Shown here: piece after piece, positions 52,663 through 61,297 of the stretch
Layout of the letters: every line of letters begins with the position of its first letter
How positions within the stretch are numbered: position 1 is the stretch's first letter
Source: Dehalococcoidia bacterium
GTDB taxonomy: Bacteria; Chloroflexota; Dehalococcoidia; GIF9; UBA5629
Reading direction: 5' to 3'
Length of the DNA: 64,000 nt
Assembly: GCA_049694415.1 (NCBI GenBank)
Contig: JBAVQV010000096.1
Span: 3,099-67,098 of the forward strand
Program-made: the position numbers and the translations under genes
Notes under the pieces: generated by a model
Seen by the model: the letters and a program-made list of their open reading frames with translations, nothing else
Databases searched by the model: none
Told to the model about the DNA's origin: nothing

Positions 52663-52680
52663 TAGTTAGTCAGCTTATAT

Positions 52681-52739
52681 GGAGACCCCGGGTTATTTGC
52701 GGCCTGGGGTCTCCAAAGATAATCGCGCTAAATAGCGCG
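52681..52739 (+). terminator. composite hairpins: GGAGACCCCGGG...CCTGGGGTCTCC and palindrome CGCGCTAAATAGCGCG
   Basis: Stems read directly from the sequence. Duplicated at 53451..53508. Confidence 0.5.
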
Positions 52740-52767
52740 GTGGTTAATCATATTTTAAGGAGGTACC

Positions 52768-53430
52768 ATGTCAAATAAAACATACAAATTCGTAACAATC
52801 TTGATGGTCATGTTGCTTGTTCTCGGTCTGGCCTTAGCGGCATGCAAGGCACCGGCTAAACCGGTGACGCCACCGACTCCACCTGCGGCTACGCCACCTG
52901 CGGCGACTCCACCTGTGACTCCACCTGCGGCGACTCCACCTGCGACGCCGCCGGCTGCAGCTCCAGCAGCTGGGCCAACCTCGTATCCAGCCGCGACGTA
53001 TACTAATGACACGTATGGCTTCTCCATCCAATACCCAAAGGACTGGGTAGCGCGCCCAGAGATCATGACGACTCCGGAGTACCTGGCTGTATTCGGAGTG
53101 AGCGGCTTTGTTCCGGGCATAGCTATCCTTGCCTATGATGCGGATGCGCCTGAATCTGCCGACTGGATTGTTGCAACGTTCAAGAAGTCGGGCAATGTAG
53201 ATCCTAAAGTCAAATCTGACATCAAAGAGGAAACCCTGGCAGGCGGTACCAAAGCTTACACGTACCAGGCAGCCTATATTTCTGCGACCGGGTATGACAT
53301 AATTTCCTACTGCCTCGATGCAGATAAAGACGGCAAGCGGATTCGTATAAATATATTTACCATAGATGCGTTTGCTCCTTACGATGCGAAGCTAGCTTCG
53401 GAGATAGCGCACACCCTTACATTCAAATAA
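52768..53430 (+). CDS. lipoprotein consisting of signal peptide + Pro/Thr/Ala linker + the same ~155-aa domain found at the SBP C-terminus
   Basis: TAAGGAGGTACC then ATG. Lipobox LAAC. Linker PVTPPTPPAATPPAATPP..AAGPTSYPAATYTND. The domain nucleotide sequence is roughly 80% identical to 52190..52662 in the 5' third and over 95% identical in the 3' two thirds, by eye. Confidence 0.7.
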   Translation: MSNKTYKFVTILMVMLLVLGLALAACKAPAKPVTPPTPPAATPPAATPPVTPPAATPPATPPAAAPAAGPTSYPAATYTNDTYGFSIQYPKDWVARPEIMTTPEYLAVFGVSGFVPGIAILAYDADAPESADWIVATFKKSGNVDPKVKSDIKEETLAGGTKAYTYQAAYISATGYDIISYCLDADKDGKRIRINIFTIDAFAPYDAKLASEIAHTLTFK

Positions 53431-53450
53431 TGGTTTAATAGGCTTGACTG

Positions 53451-53508
53451 GAGACCCCGGGTTATTTACAGCCCGGGGTCTCAAAGACAGTCGCGCTAAA
53501 TAGCGCGA
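53451..53508 (+). terminator. duplicate of the composite hairpins (GAGACCCCGGG...CCCGGGGTCTC; CGCGCTAAATAGCGCG)
   Basis: Read directly from the sequence. Followed by a degenerate RBS-like AGAGAAGGTAAG, as in the first copy. Confidence 0.5.
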
Positions 53509-53544
53509 TGAATAGTTACATTTTAGAGAAGGTAAGCCAGATCT

Positions 53545-53578
53545 GGAGACTGCAGGCTGATTACAGTCTGCAGTCTCC
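53545..53578 (+). terminator. strong hairpin GGAGACTGCAG-N12-CTGCAGTCTCC
   Basis: Perfect 11-bp stem. Sits between the lipoprotein gene and livH. Confidence 0.45.
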
Positions 53579-53645
53579 CTCAAGGTTTGCTTGTTTGGTA
53601 CTGTAAAGTTAGGCAAGTCAGATTAAAGGTTAGGTAAGATAAGAT

Positions 53646-54518
53646 ATGATTGAAGGAATTATAGTTCAGACTCTGGTGAAGGGAAGTGTATATGCACTCC
53701 TGGCTCTCGGTTTTGCCCTGATCTTTGGTGTAGCCCGGGTGCTGCAGCTATCACATACGGCGTTTTACATGTTGGCAGCCTACGGTATATTTACTTTCGC
53801 CGAATTACTCGGTTGGAGCCCGGTTGTGGCCATTATCTTGTCTATAGGCATTACTACAGGGCTGGGGCTTCTGGTATACAAGCTGTTCATCGACCGTGTA
53901 CGTGAGCACCATGTAACCGTAATGCTGATAACCCTGGCTGTAGCCATGGTTTTTCAGCAGCTAATGCTTATTGCCTTTTCAGGTCAATATCGTTCAGCGC
54001 CAGCCTTTGTGACTGGATACTGGGAAATAATCGGCGTAAAAGTTGCCTTCCAGAATATGTTGGTATTTGTCGGAGCAGCGGTTGTTCTTCTCATTATATG
54101 GGCGCTTTTATCAAAGACAAGACTGGGTATTGCCATCAGGGCTACGGCTCAGGACACTGAAATTGCCAATCTAATGGGGATAAATGTCTCCACGATACTG
54201 TTCACGGTTATGGGTATTGCCGCAGCGCTGGCGGCGGTTGCTGGCGTACTGGTGGCTCCAACTTTGATCCTTGAACCCGGTATGCTATGGCCTCCATTCG
54301 TTATGGTCATGGCGATAATTACGTTGGGGGGTTTGGGAAGTGTCAAGGGAGCCGTTGTCGGGGCTTTTATTCTGGCGTTGGTTGAGGTTCTGGTTGTTTT
54401 CTTGCTGCCTACCGGTGCCTTTCTTAAAGGGGCCTTCGCCTTGTTGGTCATGGTGATAGTACTTATTGTAAGGCCTGAGGGTCTATTTGGCGTAGTTTTC
54501 GAAGAGGAGAGATTGTAA
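53646..54518 (+). CDS. branched-chain amino acid ABC-transporter permease (LivH-like)
   Basis: Length 290 aa. Multi-TM. BPD_transp_2 family pattern. Confidence 0.8.
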   Translation: MIEGIIVQTLVKGSVYALLALGFALIFGVARVLQLSHTAFYMLAAYGIFTFAELLGWSPVVAIILSIGITTGLGLLVYKLFIDRVREHHVTVMLITLAVAMVFQQLMLIAFSGQYRSAPAFVTGYWEIIGVKVAFQNMLVFVGAAVVLLIIWALLSKTRLGIAIRATAQDTEIANLMGINVSTILFTVMGIAAALAAVAGVLVAPTLILEPGMLWPPFVMVMAIITLGGLGSVKGAVVGAFILALVEVLVVFLLPTGAFLKGAFALLVMVIVLIVRPEGLFGVVFEEERL

Positions 54519-54519
54519 A

Positions 54520-55569
54520 TTGCTAAGTAGATTATTTAGAGATTTTCAGGGCGATATAATAGCCATTCCAGGCAGGTTGATAGCTTTAATTTTCTTTGTG
54601 CTCTTATTTCTCATTCCTGCATTTACACAACAGCCTTATATATTGCGCATGCTGATTTTTACCAATATGTTCGTTATTCTCGCCGTAAGCTGGGATTTTA
54701 TATCCGGCTATACCGGCCAGCTGAACTTCGGTCAGGCCCTCTTCTTTGGGGTGGCCGCCTATACGACAGCGATGTTAAACAGGGGAGCCCCTCTGGGCCC
54801 GCACTGGCCAATCTGGGCAACCATACCGCTGGGTGCCATTGCTGCGGTAATAGCTGGCGTTGTCATGTGTTTGCCGGCGTTAAGGCTGAGAGGACCCTAT
54901 CTGGCTCTGGTAACCCTGGCATTTCCTCTTATTCTTCTGGGGGTCATTTTCGCAAATACCCAGTTTACCGGTGGTGAGTTAGGAATTTCTGGTATTGACC
55001 GTATTTCTGACTCCAGGACAATTGACTACTATGTATCGGTAGTGGTCATGCTAGTCTCGGTATCCATAATGTGGAAGCTTACAGATGCCCAGAGTGGCCT
55101 GGTCAGGACCGGGATTATTCTTCATGCCATACGCGAGGATGAGATTACAGCTCGTGCCAGTGGAATCAATACAATAAGATACAAACTGTTCGCCTTTGCT
55201 GTGGGCGGCTTCTTTGCTGGAATTGCCGGCGGCTTTTATGCTCACTTTCTCAGAATTGCCGGTCCCGGTACGCTGGACCTCACGTTGTCGTTCCAAGCCA
55301 TAATATGGACTGTTTTCGGTGGTATCGTTAGTATTTATGGGGCGGTGGTGGGAGTTTATATCCTTTATCCTCTGACGGAGTCGCTACGTTTTATCTCGGA
55401 ATATCGAATGTTGATCTTTGCCGCAATAGTGATATTGATTCTTCTTTTCATGCCTGAAGGGATTGCCGTCTGGATACGAGACAAGATTGAGAGACAGTGC
55501 CCTCGTTGCAAGCTAACCAATGTGTCATGGCGTCATACCTGTAGAGCTTGCAGCGCTGACCTATACTAG
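54520..55569 (+). CDS. branched-chain amino acid ABC-transporter permease (LivM-like) with C-terminal CxxC...CxxC zinc ribbon
   Basis: Length 349 aa. Multi-TM. C-terminal tail is CPRCKLTNVSWRHTCRACSADLY. Confidence 0.8.
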   Translation: MLSRLFRDFQGDIIAIPGRLIALIFFVLLFLIPAFTQQPYILRMLIFTNMFVILAVSWDFISGYTGQLNFGQALFFGVAAYTTAMLNRGAPLGPHWPIWATIPLGAIAAVIAGVVMCLPALRLRGPYLALVTLAFPLILLGVIFANTQFTGGELGISGIDRISDSRTIDYYVSVVVMLVSVSIMWKLTDAQSGLVRTGIILHAIREDEITARASGINTIRYKLFAFAVGGFFAGIAGGFYAHFLRIAGPGTLDLTLSFQAIIWTVFGGIVSIYGAVVGVYILYPLTESLRFISEYRMLIFAAIVILILLFMPEGIAVWIRDKIERQCPRCKLTNVSWRHTCRACSADLY

Positions 55570-55621
55570 TGGATGCTTATATAAGTAAAAGCTTAGAATA
55601 TACTAGAAAAAGCTAGAGATT

Positions 55622-56401
55622 CTACAGGCCGAGATACGTCTTTCTAATAGTTTCGTCTTTGAGCAACTCTGCAGCAGTTCCGTGGGCGATTATATGTCCT
55701 CGGGACATGACGTAATTTCTTACCGACAGGTCAAAAGCGAAACTAACATCCTGTTCAGCCAGTAAAATAGTAACTCCCAGTTCATGGTAAATTTCTTCTA
55801 CACGTTTAAATAGATCCTGCTTTAATTTTGGCGCCAGCCCACTTGATGGTTCATCAATCAGCATGAACTTGGGGTGACGCATCAATGACCTACCAATAGC
55901 CAGCATTTGCCGTTCACCGCCGGATAATGTTCCTGATATTTGATTCGCTCGCTCTTTCAATCTGGGAAACAGCTCATAGACCTTGGCCAGGCTACTATTA
56001 ACTTCCTTCTTGTCCTTCACCAGATAAGCGCCGGCCAGCAAGTTATCCTTGACCGTCATTTCAACGAATGGTCTGCCTCGCTCGGGACAAAGGAGCAGAC
56101 CTCTCTTAGCTATCTCAGATGCCGACAGTTTCTCAATCCTCTCGCCCTCAAATTCTATGGTTCCATCAAAGGTTATATCCGCCTGTCTGGTTCCCTTCGA
56201 GACCTCTATCTCCCATTTTATCAATCCTGCCATAGCCCTGAGCAAGGTGGTCTTTCCGGCACCGTTGGGGCCGACAAGCGCGACCAATTCGCCTTTTTCA
56301 ACCTTAAGGCTGGCGTCATCCAGCACCATAGCTGTGTCATAACGGACGGTTACGTTTTTAGCTTCCAGCAATGAGCACCTCCTTGCCCGTGTAGGCTTCA
56401 A
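55622..56401 (-). CDS. ABC-transporter ATP-binding protein (LivF-like)
   Basis: Walker A GPNGAGKTT, signature LSGGERQ and Walker B FMLIDEP. Confidence 0.85.
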   Translation of the reverse strand: MKPTRARRCSLLEAKNVTVRYDTAMVLDDASLKVEKGELVALVGPNGAGKTTLLRAMAGLIKWEIEVSKGTRQADITFDGTIEFEGERIEKLSASEIAKRGLLLCPERGRPFVEMTVKDNLLAGAYLVKDKKEVNSSLAKVYELFPRLKERANQISGTLSGGERQMLAIGRSLMRHPKFMLIDEPSSGLAPKLKQDLFKRVEEIYHELGVTILLAEQDVSFAFDLSVRNYVMSRGHIIAHGTAAELLKDETIRKTYLGL

Positions 56402-57131
56402 TCACTATCGGATTTTTGGATATTTCCTCGGGTGTGCCTTGGGCGATGATTTCGCCAAAGCTAAGTACAATCACTCTGTTCACTATCTTCATCAGCTCAC
56501 TAAGCTTGTGTTCTATGATAAGCATAGCTGGCCCTTCGCTGTGAAGTCTGCCAAATCTCCCGCCTTTGTGCAGTCTTTTCAACGATTTGGCCACAAGCTC
56601 GGTCTCTGCGGGATTCAGTCCGCCGAAAGGCTCATCGAGGATAAGCAATTCCGGTTCGGTAGCAATGGCCCTGGCTACCTCAAGCCGTTTTAAATCCCCG
56701 TGTGCTAGAATAGAAGCCGGTTCCAGAGCCAGGTCAGCAATACCGACGAATTCTAAGGCGTCTCGTGCCTTGACTTCGACTCTTTTGACCCATTCGCCGT
56801 GCTTGGTTATCCTGGGGCAAAGGCAACCTACCATAACGTTAGCTATTATTGGCAAATGGCGGAAAGGTTTTACTACCTGGAAAGTTCCCACCATACCTGT
56901 CTGGACAACCTCCCACGATCGTTTTTTGGTTATATCTTTGCCATTAAATATGACTTTTCCTGAATTCGGCTTCAATATGCCGAGCATACAACGTATAAGC
57001 GTGGTCTTGCCCGAACCGTTTGGCCCAATCAGGCCGACGATTTCATCTCTTTCTATCTTGAAGCTCACATTATTAACAGCAGCCAGACCACCGAAGGTCT
57101 TGGTTAAGCCTTCCACCTCGAGAAATGCCAT
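56358..57131 (-). CDS. ABC-transporter ATP-binding protein (LivG-like)
   Basis: Walker A GPNGSGKTT and Walker B LILDEP. Overlaps the LivF-like gene by 44 nt. Confidence 0.85.
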   Translation of the reverse strand: MAFLEVEGLTKTFGGLAAVNNVSFKIERDEIVGLIGPNGSGKTTLIRCMLGILKPNSGKVIFNGKDITKKRSWEVVQTGMVGTFQVVKPFRHLPIIANVMVGCLCPRITKHGEWVKRVEVKARDALEFVGIADLALEPASILAHGDLKRLEVARAIATEPELLILDEPFGGLNPAETELVAKSLKRLHKGGRFGRLHSEGPAMLIIEHKLSELMKIVNRVIVLSFGEIIAQGTPEEISKNPIVIEAYTGKEVLIAGS

Positions 57132-57136
57132 ATTGC

Positions 57137-57415
57137 TAGTCCTCCTCTCTTAATTCCCGGCGAGATACTTTTCCGACATATGTCTTTGGCACCTCGCCTC
57201 TGAACTCGACGATTGTGGGACACTTATAGTCAGGCAGCCTTTCAGCGCAATATTTCATTATTTCCAGTTCTGATAGTTTTCCTCTTGCCTCTGTCTCGAG
57301 GACGACCACTGCTTTGACTTTCTCTCCGACTTCGGGGTCGGGAACTCCAATTACACCCGTCTCCTTGATTTGCGGATTAGCCGCCAGGACTTCTTCTACT
57401 TCCTATTGATACTCT
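57137..57415 (-). pseudogene. tandem partial duplicate of the 3' end (C-terminal ~90 codons) of the acyl-CoA ligase gene at 57486..59201
   Basis: 57140..57400 aligns with 57486..57760 at roughly 80% identity by eye (…TTCCCGGCGAGATACTTT(T/G)CCGACAT…GGGAACTCCAATTACACC…). No intact ORF of 60 aa or more. Confidence 0.6.
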
Positions 57416-57485
57416 AAGCTATATGCCGCACCTATAGCAGACTGGCGAAATGCTACTCCAGTATGACTGTCAATGTCAAGCGGTC

Positions 57486-59201
57486 TTACAGCTCGTCCTC
57501 TCTCAGTTCCCGGCGAGATACTTTGCCGACATCTGTCTTGGGTACTTCGCCCCTGAACTCTATTATTCTGGGACATTTATAGTGCGCCAAATTTTCCGCG
57601 CAATATTTCATAAGTTCCTCTTCTGAGACTTTACCTCTTGCTTCTGTCTCAAGGACAACTATGGCTTTGACCTTCTCTCCGACATCTTTGTCGGGAACTC
57701 CAATTACACCAGCTTCCTTGACTTGTGGATGAGCGGCTAGCACCTCCTCTACCTCTCTGGCGAATACAGCCAGGCCCTTGTATTTAATCATGTCACGTTT
57801 TCTATCGTAGTAAAAGAAATAGCCATCTTTATCCATTCTGGCTAAGTCACCGGTTCGGAGCCAGGTTTCGCCATCTATATTAACAAACATTTTCTTGGTC
57901 TCTTCCGGGTTGTGCCAGTATCCTGGGGATATTTGTGGCCCCTTGATGGCAAGCTCGCCTATCTCGCCAACGGGAAGAAATTTGGTACTTTCGGGGTCGA
58001 GTATTCCAGCGATGGTGTTAGGTAGAGGTACGCCGAAAGAGCCGACTTTTGGCTTCCCGTAGGGACTGAGCATTCCCACTGAGCTTGTCTCGGTCATCCC
58101 CCAACCTTCGTGGACTTTAGTGCCTGTCCGTTTCTCCCAACCCACAGCTGTGTCCTCAAGAAGAGCATCGGCACCGGAGACGAGAACCTTTATACGTTTC
58201 CAATCGATTCTGTTGGTGCGGTGATAATCCCTGAGGTATTCATATAGAGACGGAACACTGTAAAAAATGGTTACTTTGTTGCTTTCGATAGCGTTCAACA
58301 TGTCATCGAGGTCGGGGGTAGTGAATATAACCAAAGTGTATCCCATTGACAATCCGCCCAGCATACTCACCGCCTGACCATAGATATGATAGAATGGCAA
58401 ATAGGCTAATATGGTCTCTTTGCCTTCCTCGACAACATCTCCCCAGAATTTTTCACCCAGGTACCGAGCTGCCGCGAGATTGTAGTGGGTTATCATAGCC
58501 CCTTTGGGCAGTCCTGTTGTGCCACCGGTATAGGGCAAGGTTACCAGGTCCTCCCTAATGTTGAACTTGATTTTTGGCGGCTTGGGCGGATATTTCTTAA
58601 TCAAGTCCTGAAATTGATAGAATCCTTCTCTTTCAAATAGCTCCCGAGGCGGTGATGCCATCTTCTGGTATACAGCCCGAAGTACACTGCTGCCCAGGAA
58701 CTTTTTCATCCCCGGCAGGTATTCTGCAATGCTGGTCAGGATGACCTTGTCCAGCTTGACTCCTGTACGTTCAACATTCTCGTAAAGTATATCCTGGCAG
58801 ACGATTATCCTGGCGCCGCTGTCTTCAATTTGATGTTTGATTTCGGGACTGACATAAACAGGACTTATGGCAGTCAGGGTGGCTCCAGCTTTGAGGGCGC
58901 CGAAATAGGCTATGATGAATTGAGGTGAGTTCAGGAGAAGTAAAGCGACTCTATCCCCTTTTTTGACTCCTAAATCCTGCATAGCTGTAGCAAATCTATC
59001 GACATGGTCTCTTAATTCTCGGTAGCTTATCTTTCTGCCGTAGAATATTACTGCAGTCCTATCCTTCCATTTATCTGTGGCTTCATCGAAGGTTTCGACT
59101 GCGGATTTTTCCGGGATTTTGACATCCGCGGGCACCTCCTTAAGGTAAAACTTCAGCCATGGTCTTGATTCATATTTTGCCTTGTTTGGGTCAGCCTTCA
59201 T
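57486..59201 (-). CDS. AMP-dependent acyl-CoA ligase (FadD-like)
   Basis: YTGGTTGLPKGA AMP-binding motif. I chose the start MKADPNKAKY because GAGGAGGA lies upstream. The ORF track extends to 59240. Confidence 0.8.
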   Translation of the reverse strand: MKADPNKAKYESRPWLKFYLKEVPADVKIPEKSAVETFDEATDKWKDRTAVIFYGRKISYRELRDHVDRFATAMQDLGVKKGDRVALLLLNSPQFIIAYFGALKAGATLTAISPVYVSPEIKHQIEDSGARIIVCQDILYENVERTGVKLDKVILTSIAEYLPGMKKFLGSSVLRAVYQKMASPPRELFEREGFYQFQDLIKKYPPKPPKIKFNIREDLVTLPYTGGTTGLPKGAMITHYNLAAARYLGEKFWGDVVEEGKETILAYLPFYHIYGQAVSMLGGLSMGYTLVIFTTPDLDDMLNAIESNKVTIFYSVPSLYEYLRDYHRTNRIDWKRIKVLVSGADALLEDTAVGWEKRTGTKVHEGWGMTETSSVGMLSPYGKPKVGSFGVPLPNTIAGILDPESTKFLPVGEIGELAIKGPQISPGYWHNPEETKKMFVNIDGETWLRTGDLARMDKDGYFFYYDRKRDMIKYKGLAVFAREVEEVLAAHPQVKEAGVIGVPDKDVGEKVKAIVVLETEARGKVSEEELMKYCAENLAHYKCPRIIEFRGEVPKTDVGKVSRRELREDEL

Positions 59202-59442
59202 TGTATCCTCCTCTTTTGTTAGGTCATAAGTATAGCACACTGTATAAGTATTTGGCTACTGTGGATGATGTGTTTGGTTGCGTTGCTTGTAAGTCCTGAA
59301 TATCCATTATTGCCACGCTGACTCTAGAACTGATAAAATGCGTTACTTCAGGCGATTGAGTGTTAAATATGCAGGTGACACTTGGCATCGTTCACAGTAT
59401 AATCACGGATGTTTGTCAAACATTAACCACAAGGAGGTTCGA

Positions 59443-59940
59443 GTGAGGAAGAACAAAAATTATTGGTTTCTGCTTTTGGGACTTATCGTCCTGCTGCTTA
59501 GTTCTGCGGTTGGTTGTGTTCAGCCGGGATTTACCACATATACCGACGATGTAGAAGGGTATAGTATTAGCTATCCGCTCAGTTGGCAGGTCGAAGTTTC
59601 TAAAGACGGGACAACATGGCTAATAACATCTCCGAGTCGCACGGCTTCGCTCATGATATATGTAGCAGATTCTATATCAGCTCAAGATGCTGCCCGATAT
59701 TGGATTATGTCATTGGGAACACATTGGTCTGAAATAGCTCAAATAGAAAATAAACCAATGGAGGGCTTCTGGAACTGGTATGTTTCATATGACTATAACG
59801 CGGATACTGGCCCGTTTCACGGAGAGGCTTACTTCAAGAGCACTGCAGACCACCTCTATAGATTGGATACGGCAGCAGATTCGGCTGGATACAAGAATTA
59901 TCCCTTCTCTACTATAATCTCATCATTTAAGCTGAAGTGA
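59443..59940 (+). CDS. hypothetical lipoprotein
   Basis: AAGGAGG, then GTG start. Signal peptide with lipobox SAVGC. I recognise no family. Confidence 0.45.
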   Translation: MRKNKNYWFLLLGLIVLLLSSAVGCVQPGFTTYTDDVEGYSISYPLSWQVEVSKDGTTWLITSPSRTASLMIYVADSISAQDAARYWIMSLGTHWSEIAQIENKPMEGFWNWYVSYDYNADTGPFHGEAYFKSTADHLYRLDTAADSAGYKNYPFSTIISSFKLK

Positions 59941-60182
59941 TTCATTCCACTATAAATCGCTCAGTCTAAATTTAACGGCCGCTATACATCCTCCTGAGAT
60001 AAGTCTTCACCTTATCAAGGTAACCAGCCATTTCTATAGGCTTCCGGTGACCGTCTATAACCCAATTTTTACCTAATTTTCACGCAATTTTTGTATTTTC
60101 TTCGTCGTATTTTCACATTTGTCTGTTATGCTATATAGTCAAAGGTCGAAAAGTTAAACAAAAAAAGAATAAGGAGGCAGCC

Positions 60183-60626
60183 ATGTTGATACGTGACATA
60201 ATGACAACTAACGTAGTATCGGTCCCAAGCACTACTTCGTTAGCTGATGCCAGGAGGATAATGGATGTCCACCAGGTGAAGCATTTGCCGGTAATAGATA
60301 AGGAAAAACTGGTAGGCATGGTCACCCTGAATGCGCTGGACAAGGCAGGACCCTCTGCTATAACAGCTTTCAGCAAGCAAGAACTTAATTACCTGTTAAA
60401 CAGGTTAACTGTCAAGGAAGTCATGAGCCGAGACCTGGTCACCATTTCTCCAGATGCCACCGTTGCGGAAGCGGTGGCTCTGACGCGGCTGAACAAGTCA
60501 AGGTCATTGCTGGCTATGGAGAACAGTCACCTGGTAGGGATAGTTACTACCAGCGATTTCTTCTATAACGTGCTTGACCGAATACTGGGTATAGGCCAGA
60601 CCGATGCCATGGTTTTAGCACACTAA
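60183..60626 (+). CDS. CBS-domain pair protein
   Basis: Two CBS motifs (IMTTNVVSV...HLPVIDKEKLVGMVT; VMSRDLVTISPD...AMENSHLVGIVT). Confidence 0.75.
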   Translation: MLIRDIMTTNVVSVPSTTSLADARRIMDVHQVKHLPVIDKEKLVGMVTLNALDKAGPSAITAFSKQELNYLLNRLTVKEVMSRDLVTISPDATVAEAVALTRLNKSRSLLAMENSHLVGIVTTSDFFYNVLDRILGIGQTDAMVLAH

Positions 60627-60651
60627 GTCCAAGGGAAGAGCTGAAATAGAA

Positions 60652-60700
60652 GGCGGATATCTGATTTCGATGTCAGGTATCCGCCACTATTTTTATGCGA
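60652..60700 (+). terminator. rho-independent terminator after the CBS gene
   Basis: GGCGGATA...TATCCGCC stem followed by CTATTTTT. Confidence 0.6.
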
Positions 60701-60731
60701 GCACGGATACCAGCCGCCTTCCCTAAAAGGC

Positions 60732-60765
60732 GAGAAACCAGCGCTGGTCACGACGCTGGTTTCTC
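60732..60765. other. perfect 12-bp-stem hairpin (GAGAAACCAGCG-N10-CGCTGGTTTCTC) in a ~600-bp ORF-free region
   Basis: Read directly from the sequence. On the minus strand it is followed by GCCTTTTA. Confidence 0.4.
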
Positions 60766-61297
60766 AGTTTGGTTAAGGGGGCGATGACTCGCTCCTGATA
60801 AGTAAAACGTAATAAAGCGCCAGAAGTTTATGCTGCTTTACGGTTGAGGCTCAGAAAATTTTGTCACCGCCGTGGAATAATCATTCCTGCAGACGGTGAG
60901 CTACAAGCTCTCCAGATGACACCGTTCCAGAACGCTCCCGGCATGGCTCAGCACCTGTGACATTAAGGTTTCCCTGAGAAATTAAGATATTACACAAGCC
61001 CGCGGATAGCCACATTTGGTTATGTATTTTCCCACTCTTGGGTCACTTAATTGAAAACAATCAGATAGTAAGAATTGGGACGTCGGAACGTGATGCTTTA
61101 TGTTACGGAGTTTAATCGCCGATGTTGTTAGAGCGCAGGATAATATATGCACGCCGGCGCTCAATGGATTTGAGTGCGTTGATTGCCATACCTTATCTCA
61201 GTATGATCGATTATTCCGGCTGTTTTGGTTGAAGTTATGGGATAGGGATAGACCAAAGTTTGATGTGGGTGAACAAAACGATAATCTTTAAAGTAGG

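Noticed and set aside
52062-53120. Minus-strand ORFs 52062..52244, 52755..53120 and 52834..53031 (Ala/Gly/Arg-rich)
   Set aside because: These are artefacts of reading the GC-rich (CCAGCAGCT)n / Pro-Ala-Thr linker DNA on the opposite strand. They are low-complexity, and the plus-strand genes are well supported.
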